Source: Macrostomum lignano
Lineage: Eukaryota
Assembly: GCA_002269645.1 (NCBI GenBank)
Contig: NIVC01002892.1
Coordinates: forward strand, 67,502-131,501
Reading direction: 5' to 3'
Length of the DNA: 64,000 nucleotides
Shown in pieces: positions 13,590 to 24,187 of the stretch (position 1 is the first letter of the stretch; each line of letters begins with the position of its first letter). Below the pieces are notes generated by a model, which had not been told where the DNA came from, did not search any database, and saw nothing but the letters and a program-made list of their open reading frames with translations. Position numbers and translations under genes: made by a program.

Positions 13590-13960
13590 GCCCTACAGGG
13601 ACATCAGGGCGGTGACCATGGCCCTCTCGGGTCATGGCTGTTTTGTCTGGCATCGTTACCTCCAGGGGAAATCCGCAGTGAGGAATGCCCTTTCTGCCTC
13701 TCGATGGTGTTGAGAATGCGGAGCACTTCATCTGTGAATGCCCCGCCTTTACTCAGGACAGGCTCACTTTTCAGGCCCGAGAATCTTTGCCAGCTCGTCC
13801 GCTACAGAAGGGCTACCGGGTGAGCGACCATCCACCTCCTGGACTCTCCGGAGGGGAACCGCGCTGCGGACGCCGGCACCACCGGACGCCGCAAAACCGC
13901 AGGGGCGGCGAAAGGGCGAAATTGATCGAGAAATGTTTCATATATTATAAGCAATGGTAT
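13590..13960 (+). mobile_element. Decayed 3' end of a non-LTR retrotransposon ORF2 (C-terminal CCHC region, R1/Loa/I-like)
   Basis: Across two frameshifts: ALSGHGCFVWHRYLQG, IRSEECPFCL, DGVENAEHFICECPAFTQDRL. This matches the LTGHG...CxxC...ETxEHxxxxCPA pattern. Confidence 0.65.
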
Positions 13961-14524
13961 GTGGTGTATGTAGAACTTGGGATTTGGAGGGCTTTGAGAA
14001 TCTTTTAGAGTCTATACTTATTTTAGTCGATGCAGTCAAAGTCTATAATAATCCGAAATCTCCCGTCAATCTCCTCGATTTTTCTCCCGAACCGTTCGTT
14101 CTATACAGCCGCTCCCCGCACTGCAAGAGATGACTCAGCGCTCGCCTCCGCAGCTTTTGGGGAAATTGGGATTTGGGGAATGCAGTCGCGTAATCCCCTC
14201 GGGGGGAGAGGGGAGGAGTGGGGTAGGTTAGGTATACTGAAACTCCCCCACTACAGAGCCTACTCCCCTCCCCGCTTAGCCCGCCTTCCCCACCAAGCCA
14301 GCCTTGCATGCACAGCAGAGCCCATCGAGAAATTCGGACGCATGCAGGGGGGGGGGGACACAGACACATACAGCTGGGGGAAGGCAGTCAATATTATATT
14401 TTTCCTCAAGTGGATTCCGCTCCGCTAAGTAGTATGTGGGCAGTCCGGTTTTATAAAGTTTCTTGCCATTTTCATGTGCGACTGCTGGGTGAGCTCAGAT
14501 CACAGTTAGTAGCCTTAGGGATGA

Positions 14525-14935
14525 CATTGTCATTGGAAGGGGTGACAGTAGCGCTAGATGGGGTGACAGTAGCGCTAGATGGGGTGACAGTTGCGCTAGA
14601 TGGGGTGACAGTTGCGCTAGATGGGGTGACAGTAGCGCTAGATGGGGTGACAGTTGCGCTAGATGGGGTGACAGTAGCGCTAGATGGGGTGACAGTAGCG
14701 CTAGATGGGGTGACAGTAGCGCTAGATGGGGTGACAGTAGCGCTAGATGGGTTGACAGTAGCGCTAGATGGGGTGACAGTTGCGCTAGATGGGGTGACAG
14801 TTGCGCTAGATGGGGTGACAGTTGCGCTAGATGGGGTGACAGTTACGCTAGATGGGGTGACAGTTGCGCTAGATGGGGTGACAGTTACGCTAGATGGGGT
14901 GACAGTTGCGCTAGATGGGGTGACAGTAGCGCTCT
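14525..14935. repeat. 21-bp minisatellite
   Basis: gctagatggggtgacagt(a/t)gc repeated. Confidence 0.95.
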
Positions 14936-14982
14936 AAAGCTGACGTTAGACCCAGCTGGATTGAAAACGTCGCCAGGGGTGC

Positions 14983-15202
14983 TAGATAGGTGACAGGGGT
15001 GCTAGATAGGTGACAGGGGTGCTAGATAGGTGACAGGGGTGCTAGATAGGCGACAGGGGGTGCTAGATAGCTGACAGGGGTGCTAGATAGGCGACAGGGG
15101 TGCTAGATAGCTGACAGGGGTGCTAGATAGGCGACAGGTGTGCTAGATAGGCGACAGGGGTGCTAGATAGGCGACAGGGGTGCTAGATAGGCGACAGGGG
15201 TG
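14983..15202. repeat. 20-bp minisatellite related to the preceding 21-bp unit
   Basis: caggggtgctagatagg(t/c)ga repeated. Confidence 0.9.
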
Positions 15203-15597
15203 CCTATGTTGAGATCTGGCAGGGGCAATCAAGAAACTGGAGACATTCCGCCAAAACTCATGGACCAGGTAGGAATATTTGATTTGAGAATTAATAAATA
15301 GTAATTCTATTTGTAGCCAACAGTTTAAATTTCCCATCCCTATGAAGCATCGAATTCAGCTATTGGGAAAACCAATATGCTGACATGGCCTCAATATACT
15401 TTTAATAACCTCTATGCTTCATCTCGCAGACATGAGACAGTCCAAGCTCCTCCATTGACTCATACGCACCCATATAACAGGGACTACATAGCAGGAAGAA
15501 AAGAAATTAAGCAAAAAAATATTAAACTATAAAAATCTTTAAAAAACTAAAACTCACTGTTAGCGATCGAAAAAAAAATTATAAAATCGTGGTGCTA

Positions 15598-16107
15598 ATC
15601 TGTGTCAGATGCTGTAAGTGTCCATCTGTGTCAGATGCTGTAAGTGTCCATCTGTGTCAGATGCTGTAAGTGTCCATCTGTGTCAGATGCTGTAAGTGTC
15701 CATCTGTGTCAGATGCTGTAAGTGTCCATCTGTGTCAGATGCTGTAAATGTCCATCTGTGTCAGATGCTGTAAGTGTCCATCTGTGTCAGATGCTGTAAG
15801 TGTCCATCTGTGTCAGATGCTGTAAGTGTCCATCTGTGTCAGATGCTGTAAGTGTCCATCTGTGTCAGATGCTGTAAGTGTCCATCTGTGTCAGATGCTG
15901 TAAGTGTCCATCTGTGTCAGATGCTGTAAGTGTCCATCTGTGTCAGATGCTGTAAATGTCCATCTGTGTCAGATGCTGTAAGTGTCCATCTGTGTCAGAT
16001 GCTGTAAGTGTCCATCTGTGTCAGATGCTGTAAGTGTCCATCTGTGTCAGATGCTGTAAGTGTCCATCTGTGTCAGATGCTGTAAGTGTCCATCTGTGTC
16101 AGATGCT
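15598..16107. repeat. Highly homogeneous 26-bp minisatellite
   Basis: tgtgtcagatgctgtaagtgtccatc repeated almost perfectly. Confidence 0.97.
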
Positions 16108-16626
16108 GCACATGCCCAGTGAAACAGTAAAGCGACCAAATGATTACAAATAGTTGAGGAGTAAAAGAGGGCCAAACGGGATCGAAAGGGAAAATTGGCA
16201 AGCTGTGGCGGCGGGGGGTTCGCAAGGATCGGGTTGGGCGCGGGGGATTTTGGGGGGGACAAAGACCTATATTTTGCCTCCGGCCCTCCCCTCCGCCCCG
16301 CTAAAGCTTCCTCCTGCGCAATATTTGGCTTTTAGAGAGGGGAGAAGGGGCCAAATCAAGTGGGGAAGGCGCGGGCGAAGACCGGAATAGAATTATCCCA
16401 TAGGTCCTGCATGCTAAATATGTACGAGCGTATTTTGGGGAGAAAAATCCCCCATGGGAATTGGCCGCCTGCTTTCAGCCGAGCTCAGCTCATTATGCAC
16501 CAACGAGCTTCATTTGTGCCTGGCTTTGATAGCTGGGTGGAAACGGACTACCTCTGCTGAAGCCGAATCAGCTTTGCCGTGCGTGAGCGGATTGCGGCTT
16601 AGATTTCCCCTGCGCTGCGGTGCAGT

Positions 16627-17965
16627 CCTGCCGCCTGTCTGCTTGTGCCGCCTGTCTGCTTGTGCCGCCTGTCTGCTTGTGTGCCGCCTGTCTGCTTGTG
16701 TGCCGCCTGTCTGCTTGTGCCGCCTGTCTGCTTGTGTGCCGCCTGTCTGCTTGTGTGCCGCCTGTCTGCTTGTGCCGCCTGTCTGCTTGTGTGCCGCCTG
16801 TCTGCTTGTGTGCCGCCTGTCTGCTTGTGCCGCCTGTCTGCTTGTGTGCCGCCTGTCTGCTTGTGCCGCCTGTCTGCTTGTGTGCCGCCTGTCTGCTTGT
16901 GTGCCGCCTGTCTGCTTGTGCCGCCTGTCTGCTTGTGTGCCGCCTGTCTGCTTGTGCCGCCTGTCTGCTTGTGTGCCGCCTGTCTGCTTGTGCCGCCTGT
17001 CTGCTTGTGTGCTGCCTGTCTGCTTCTGTGCCGCCTGTCTGCTTGTGTGCCGCCTGTCTGCTTGTGCCGCCTGTCTGCTTGTGCCGCCTGTCTGCTTGTG
17101 TGCCGCCTGTCTGCTTGTGTGCCGCCTGTCTGCTTGTGCCGCCTGTCTGCTTGTGTGCTGCCTGTCTGCTTCTGTGCTGCCTGTCTGCTTCTGAGCCGCC
17201 TGTCTGCTTGTGTGCCGCCTGTCTGCTTGTGTGCCGCCTGTCTGCTTGTGCCGCCTGTCTGCTTGTGTGCTGCCTGTCTGCTTCTGTGCCGCCTGTCTGC
17301 TTCTGTGCCGCCTGTCTGCTTGTGTGCTGCCTGTCTGCTTCTGTGCCGCCTGTCTGCTTCTGTGCCGCCTGTCTGCTTCTGTGCCGCCTGTCTGCTTCTG
17401 TGCCGCCTGTCTGCTTCTGTGGGGACGCTTTCATAAGACCTAAATTTCACATCGCCTAAAACCACCACACTTCACATCGCCTAAATTTCATATCGCCTAA
17501 ATTTAACAACGCCTAAAACCACCACACTTCACAACGCCTAAATTTCATATCGCCTAAATTTAACAACGCCTAAAATCTTTGCCTCTCTCCTTCACATTCA
17601 GTTTTAGGTGTTGTGAAATTTAGGCGATATGAAGTAGGATGCATTTTCGGTTTTAGGCGCTATGAAATTTAGGCGATATGAAATTTAGGCGATGTGAAGG
17701 AGCGTGCAGAAATTTTAGGCGTTGTGAAATTTAGGCGTTGTGAAGGAGGCTGCATTTTCGATTTTAGGCGTTGTGAAATTTAGGCGTTATGAAATTTAGG
17801 TGATGTGAAGTCATGTGCTTTAGGCGTTGTGAAATTTAGGTCTTATGAAGCGCCCCCCTTGTGTGCCGCCTGTCTGTTTCTGTGCCGCCTGTCTGCTTCT
17901 GTGCCGCCTGTCTGCTTCTGTGCCGCCTGTCTGCTTCTGTGCCGCCTGTCTGCTTCTGTGCCGCT
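16627..17965. repeat. 17/19-bp minisatellite interrupted by a foldback element
   Basis: tgtgccgcctgtctgct(tg/tc) units at 16627-17420 and again at 17858-17965. Confidence 0.95.
17421..17857. mobile_element. Foldback/MITE-like element with TIRs and inverted subterminal repeat arrays
   Basis: Starts ggggacgctttcataagacctaaatttcac and ends gtgaaatttaggtcttatgaagcgccccc. Internal cgcctaaattt units on the left are mirrored by aaatttaggcg units on the right. Confidence 0.75.
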
Positions 17966-17984
17966 TCTTCTTCTTCTGCTTCTT

Positions 17985-19045
17985 GTGTCTGCGATTCTGT
18001 CTGTCTGCAATTCTGTCTGTCTACAATTCTATCTGTCTGCAATTCTGTCTGTCTGTCTACAATTCTGTCTGTCTGCAATTCTATCTCTCTGCAATTCTGT
18101 CTGTCTGTCTGCAATTCTATCTGTCTGCAATTCTGTCTGTCTGCAATTCTGTCTGTCTGCAATTCTATCTGTCTGCAATTCTGTCTGTCTGTCTGCAATT
18201 CTATCTGTCTGCAATTCTATCTGTCTGCAATTCTGTCTGTCTGTCTGCAATTCTATCTGTCTGCAATTCTGTCTGTCTGTCTGCAATTCTATCTGTCTGC
18301 AATTCTGTCTGTCTGTCTGCAATTCTGTCTGTCTGTCTGCAATTCTATCTGACTGTCTGCAATTGTGTCTGTCTGCAATTCTGTTTGTCTGCAATTCTAT
18401 CTGTCTGCAATTCTATCTGTCTGCAATTCTATCTGTCTGCAATTCTGTCTGTCTGTCTGCAATTCTGTCTGTCTGCAATTCTGTCTGTCTGCAATTCTGT
18501 CTCTCTGCAATTCTGTCTCTCTGCAATTCTATCTGTCTGCAATTCTGTCTGTCTGTCTGCAATTCTGTCTGTCTGCAATTCTATCTGTCTGCAATTCTGT
18601 CTGTCTGTCTGCAATTCTGTCTGTCTGCAATTCTGTCTGTCTGCAATTCTGTCTGTCTGCAATTCTGTCTGTCTGTCTGCTATTCTATCTGACTGTCTGC
18701 AATTCTGTCTGTCTGCAATTCTGTTTGTCTGCAATTCTGTCTGTCTGCAATTCTGTCTGTCTGCAATTCTATCTGTCTGCAATTCTGTCTGTCTGTCTGC
18801 AATTCTATCTGTCTGCAATTCTATCTGTCTGCAATTCTATCTGTCTGCAATTCTGTCTGTCTGTCTGCAATTCTATCTGTCTGCAATTCTATCTGTCTGC
18901 AATTCTGTCTGTCTGTCTGCAATTCTATCTGTCCTATCTGTCTGCAATTCTATCTGTCTGCAATTCTATCTGTCTGCAATTCTGTCTGTCTGTCTGCAAT
19001 TCTATCTGACTGTCTGCAATTCTGTCTCTCTGCAATTCTGTCTGT
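17985..19045. repeat. 16-bp minisatellite with (gtct)n length variation
   Basis: ctgcaattct(a/g)tctgt repeated. Confidence 0.95.
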
Positions 19046-19663
19046 CTTGGCTTCCTCAGAGATTCGTCATTAGCTGAACTGAGACAACCCTTGGCGCCAT
19101 TGTGGCAACCAAGTCGAATTTACCAACCTGTTCTTACTCCTTACTCACCTTAGTAACAATTTCTAATAATTTGAAAAATCATTAACATTTCTAAAATTCA
19201 ACAGCTCAAGCGTAAGATCTTGAAACTTCAAGAATTAATTTTAATAAGTTAGGCGACTAATAAGTTTGCTCTGACCATTGTTGACAATAGATTGATTGTA
19301 ATGATGGCAATCGGAACCACTTAACGAGGCAAGAGCTGGATTGATTAAAGAAAGCGATTGAGCCAATCCATGCTGGAACAATAGTTAAGTATGGCCTATA
19401 TTATACACGTATAGCTAAGATATGTCATTATAGGGTATTGGCATACACCATGTAATTCCATGACACTGTTCAAACACCACTAAAGTATTGCGTAATAACT
19501 CCTTATTATTAACTGGGTGGGGGGCGCCCAACGTTAGCCTGTCTTGCTGACAGGCGGTTCCTGAAAACTCGGCAGTCACCTCACTGCACACTGTAGTTCA
19601 CCTAAGCAATGTTTTGTCAAGTATATTGTAGAATCTGGCTGGCTTTAAATAAGACTAGGTACT

Positions 19664-20672
19664 GGGGGGACATCACAAACCCGAAATATCACAAACCCGA
19701 AATGTCACAAACCCGAAATATCACAAACCCGAAATGCCACAAACCAGAAATATCACAAACCCGAAATGTCACAAACCCGAAATATCACAAACCCGAAATG
19801 TCACAAACTCGAAATATCACAAACCCGAAATGTCACAAACCAGAAATATCACAAACCCGAAATGTCACAAACCCGAAATGTCACAAACCCGAAATATCAC
19901 AAACCAGAAATATCACAAACCCGAAATGTCACAAACCCGAAATGTCACAAACCCGAAATGTCACAAACCCGAAATATCACAAACCCGAAATATCACAAAC
20001 CCGAAATATCACAAACCCGAAATGTCACAAACCCGAAATGTCACAAACCCGAAATATCACAAACCCGAAATGTCACAAACCAGAAATATCACAAACCCGA
20101 AGTGTCACAAACCCGAAATGTCACAAACCCGAAATATCACAAACCCGAAATGTCACAAACCCGAAATGTCACAAACCCGAAATATCACAAACCAGAAATA
20201 TCACAAACCCGAAATATCACAAACCCGAAATATCACAAACCCGAAATGTCACAAACCCGAAATATCACAAACCCGAAATATCACAAACCCGAAATATCAC
20301 AAACCCGAAATATCACAAACCCGAAATATCACAAACCCGAAATATCACAAACCGGAAATATCACAAACTCGAAATATCACACACCCGAAATATCACAAAC
20401 CCGAAATATCACAAACCCGAAATATCACAAACCCGAAATATCACAAACCCGAAATATCACAAACCCGAAATATCAAACCCGAATTACCATAACTCCGAAA
20501 ACCAAAATAGTGATGACATTGCTAGAACATTCGGAGTTATGATATTTCGGGTTTATGATGGGCGTTGCTATTTTGTTTTTCGGAGTTATGATATATCGGG
20601 CTTGTGATATTTCGGGTTTATGATGGGAAATGCTTTCGGAGTTGTTATTTTTCGGGTTTATGATGCCGACCC
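19664..20672. mobile_element. Foldback-like element whose left arm has expanded into a 16-bp satellite
   Basis: About 50 direct acaaacccgaaat(a/g)tc units (19670-20480), then degenerate inverted units (gatatttcgggtttatgat, 20540-20665). Termini ggggggacatcacaaacccgaaa / tttcgggtttatgatgccgaccc are imperfect inverted repeats. Confidence 0.55.
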
Positions 20673-21109
20673 ACCGAAATTTTCCTGCCTACCCTTCCCA
20701 CTTTTTACAGCATAGAAAAAATATTGCCTAGACTAAAACTGGCTTTCGTGCACAAATAATGCCACTTATGTCAGTAGAGAGATTTAGCATGCACGGAAAT
20801 AGTTTGAATACAAAAACCACTAAATCATAAAAAACTAGCTTAAGAATCTGTAAAAAAATTTATGAAAATCGTTTGTGTATTACGAGCCAGTGAAACATTT
20901 AACTTAAAGTTGAATTAGTCACATTAATTGTTCGGAGATTGTTAAAAACTGCCTTTAAAATCTTCAATGCTTTTTTTAATAATTGCTTTACGAAAACGAA
21001 GGTTTCATTCAGGCTGTAGAAAATATTTCTATATAATCTAAGCTATCCCTTCTACAATCCCCAGCTCTGGTTTCTCTTCATTCCACGATTAAATCTTTCG
21101 CCTTTTACT

Positions 21110-21204
21110 AAAGATTTCCGTGGAGGGATACTTTTAGGAGAATTCTCTAGTTTTTGCAGGCCTTTCCTAGAAAGGCTTATTGGAAGTTGAATAGTTTAGA
21201 CTAG
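21110..21204 (+). repeat. ~95-bp boundary repeat, copy 1 (others at 27567-27660, 34018-34112, 40495-40589, 46836-46930)
   Basis: aaagatttccgtggagggatact...gaatagtttagactag opens the array, follows every (AAC)n tail and closes the array. Confidence 0.95.
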
Positions 21205-21396
21205 CCTAGCTTAGCTCTTGAAAGTACTTTAGTTAGCCTTCCATTCCACTGTACATTTGTTTTTATCTCTACCCCACCCCTAGTCTTATCTTGCAGTCGC
21301 CCCACCCCTCTCAGCGAGCGCACTTTGTGTGCCTCCTGACTCATTAGTTAGTTGTAGTTTAGGTTTAGTTTGAGTGTACCCAAATAATCACGCCAT

Positions 21397-24101
21397 ATGG
21401 CTGCAAATCGCGCCAGCGCTAAAAAGATGGACTGCCGGCCCTCTCTCGAGCACCGGTATCGTCCGAACGAAGCCTACGGTCGCCAGCTTCTTGGACTGAC
21501 GCCGACAGCTGAGCCATCGACTGCGAGCCCGCCGCCAGCAGGCCTGATGCGAGCTCGACGCAGTCTGGAAGGCCGCCACTCGATCAGCCCACCGGCCGGC
21601 GAGCTCTTGCGCAACGCAGAGGAGATCCTGCGAGAGAATGAGCAGCTGCCGGAGGCTGCAGGCGCAGAGGCAGAGCAGCGCATGTCTCTCGACTGCGACG
21701 AGCCAGGCCAGACAAGCGCCCTGCCATCCAACGAGGCCGCAGCAACCACCGAGCCACCAACTGCCGAGTCCAGCGAGCTCAGTGCGGCAGCGGCAGCGCC
21801 GACGTCTGAGGAGCGCCAGCAATCGGCTGCAGACCAGGCCTCGACGCTGCCAAAGCCCCCTGCCGAGCAACTGGACGCTGACATCAGTCAAATCATCTTC
21901 CCTGATGAGCCTGACTTGACTGACTGTCAGCAGACGATCTACGCCAGCGACAGCACCATCATCTATGCGCCCAAGTTCCTGAGCGAGGTCGCGGACCAAG
22001 TCTACGAGCGCCTGATCACCGACCTGCTGCCTCAAGCCTTTCAGCATCGTCCGAGTGAGCAGCGCCGCGTCTACTGGATCGGCCCGTCGTACACCTACAG
22101 CGGGGTTGAGCTGAAGGAAAATCTAGACTGGCATCAGGTAATTGAAGACATTCGTGACTTCATTTACCATGATACCCAGTTCGATGTCCCGAAGTTCAAC
22201 TCCGTGTTGGTGAACTTCTACACCGAGCCGGGAGACCGGATTCCCTGGCACTCGGACGATGAGGATGAGCTCGGCGACAGGCCGACGATCGCGACCGTGT
22301 CCTTCGGCGCTGAGCGGCTGTTCATGCTGCGCCGTCGGGACGGCAACGTGACGCACCGCTTTCCAACGCTGCCAGGCTCGCTGATTCTGATGGCAGGAAA
22401 CTGCCAGAAACGCCTGCAGCACCAGGTGCCCGCCGCCCACTCTCAGAATGGCGTCCGCATCTCGCTAACATTCCGTGTCACCAAGCCGGAGCTGCGGCGC
22501 AAGCGGCTCTGCCGGATGACCCGACCTACAGCCAGCCGCTAAACGGCGGCCCATTCGGCGACGACCAAGGCGGTCGGGACGACGACCAAGGCGGCCACGA
22601 CGACGACCAGGGCGGCCGGGGCGACGACAGGCCCCAGGAGCGGCAGGCGACGGCGACGCGAGACCGCGAAGGCGATCGGGGTCGGCGCGGCCGTGGCGGC
22701 CACCAGCGAGGCAGGCGAGGAGGTCGCGGCGCGGCGTCCGGTGCGGCGGCGGCTTCGGCGGCTTCCTGGCCGGCCGGTGCGGCGGCGGCTTCGGCGACAA
22801 GCGCGCAGGCGGCTGCGGCAGCGCGGCCCTACGCGCAGGTTGCGGCGCGCCCTGCGCCGCCCAGAAGGCCCCAGGCTGCCATCCCGCCGATCGTTTTTGA
22901 GGTGCACCGGGACGCGGCCAACAAGCTGATGCAGTTCGTTGCCTGGCTGCAGACCAACTTTGCCGGCGAAGCTAGAGCCGTCAACACTGCGCCGATGGCG
23001 AATCAGCCGGCCTATCTCGTGTTCCCAGCGTCGGAGCGGGACTACAACGTCTTCCTGGGCGGCGCGCTGCGCGAGGAGAAGCTGCTCGAGCATCCCGTAA
23101 AGCGCCGTCCAGCCCGAGCCCGACCGCTGGACAACAGAACAGGGCCCGACAGAGTGCAGCAGCAGCCGGTACGCACCTTCGTCGCTACTGAGGTGCCCCT
23201 CGCATTCTCGGAGGCTGACTTCGCGACCCTGTTGCGCGGCACGCTCAAGCTGGACATTGTCAGCGTCCACAGAATCCGAGCCAGAGCGACTGGGAAGGCA
23301 ACCCAGTTCGTGCGCATCTTCACAAAGTCGGCGATGACCTACGAGAAGTGCCTCCGCGATGGCATCTGCACCGACTTCTTGAAGTTCAACTGCGAGGACA
23401 GCCGCACAGACGAGCCGGTCCGCGCTCTGCAATGCCAGCGCTGCCAGGAGTTCGGCCACCGCGCTGCTCAGTGTCGGGGGCAGCAGCGCTGCCGGATTTG
23501 CGGCGGCCAGCATTCCTGGAAGGAGTGCCAGCACGAGGGCCCAGCGGTCTGCGCCAACTGCGGCGGCTCGCACCGAACCACCAGTCGAGCCTGCACCGTC
23601 GCCAAGGCGGAGCACGACAAGGCGACCAGAGCGGCTGCTGAGGCCAAAGCCGCGGCGCGAGCTGCGGAAGCTGCGGCCGCTGCTGCCCCAGTGTCAAGTG
23701 AGACCGACGACGCCGCCGCCGACGACGACTCCGACAGCGGCTGGCTGATCCGCCGAGGCAGGCGCACGGTGCCGGTACCCGCCGCGATCCGGCCGCTTGT
23801 CATCGTGACCGATGATGCCAGGAGCGCTCCGGCGGCAGAGACCGAGTCTGATGTCAATGCGACTGCTCCGTCAGCTGATGCCGGCCAGGCGGTGCAGCTG
23901 CAGCTTAGTGACTTTATGTCGGTGGTGAGCATGCTGTTGCCCCTGATCACCCGCTCTCTGACTCAAGTGGTTGTGCAGGCCCTGTCCCGACCGCCTGGGG
24001 AGGTCCTCACTGTGGAATCAACCAGTAAAATGGTTGAGGACATTGTGCGGGCTGCACTCCAGGAAGTGCCGGGCATGGCTGGCATGACCACTGAGTCCTA
24101 G
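21397..24101 (+). CDS. LINE copy 1 ORF1: N-terminal low-complexity region, AlkB dioxygenase, G/D/R-rich linker, gag-like triple CCHC; split by a 1-nt deletion near 22505
   Basis: AlkB at about 21958-22476 (YTYSG, FNSVLVNFY, WHSDDE, LQHQVP, RISLTFR). Knuckles CX2CX4HX4C, CX2CX3HX4C and CX2CX3HX6C at about 23433-23595. Has aagcggctct where the other copies have aagcgagctct. Consensus is about 900 aa. Confidence 0.85.
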
Positions 24102-24187
24102 TCTCAGGCAGCTAAACTCAAGACTTGAATTGAAACTTCAGTGCGTTAACTGTAGACTCAAACAATCAAACCACAGCCCTGAAGATT

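Noticed and set aside
13-20607. Many long ORFs with periodic translations (e.g. 9225-10976, 11562-12518, 14308-14937, 16454-17468, 17805-19077, 19609-20607)
   Set aside because: They coincide with minisatellites lacking stop codons, are often open in several frames or strands, and show no domain content.
21958-22476. Host ALKBH2/ALKBH3 gene
   Set aside because: The domain is intronless, in frame with LINE zinc knuckles, and repeated within each retrotransposon unit.
22495-22545. Programmed frameshift separating AlkB from the gag domain in copy 1
   Set aside because: Copies 2, 3 and 4 have the extra A and read through in frame, so the break is a copy-specific indel.
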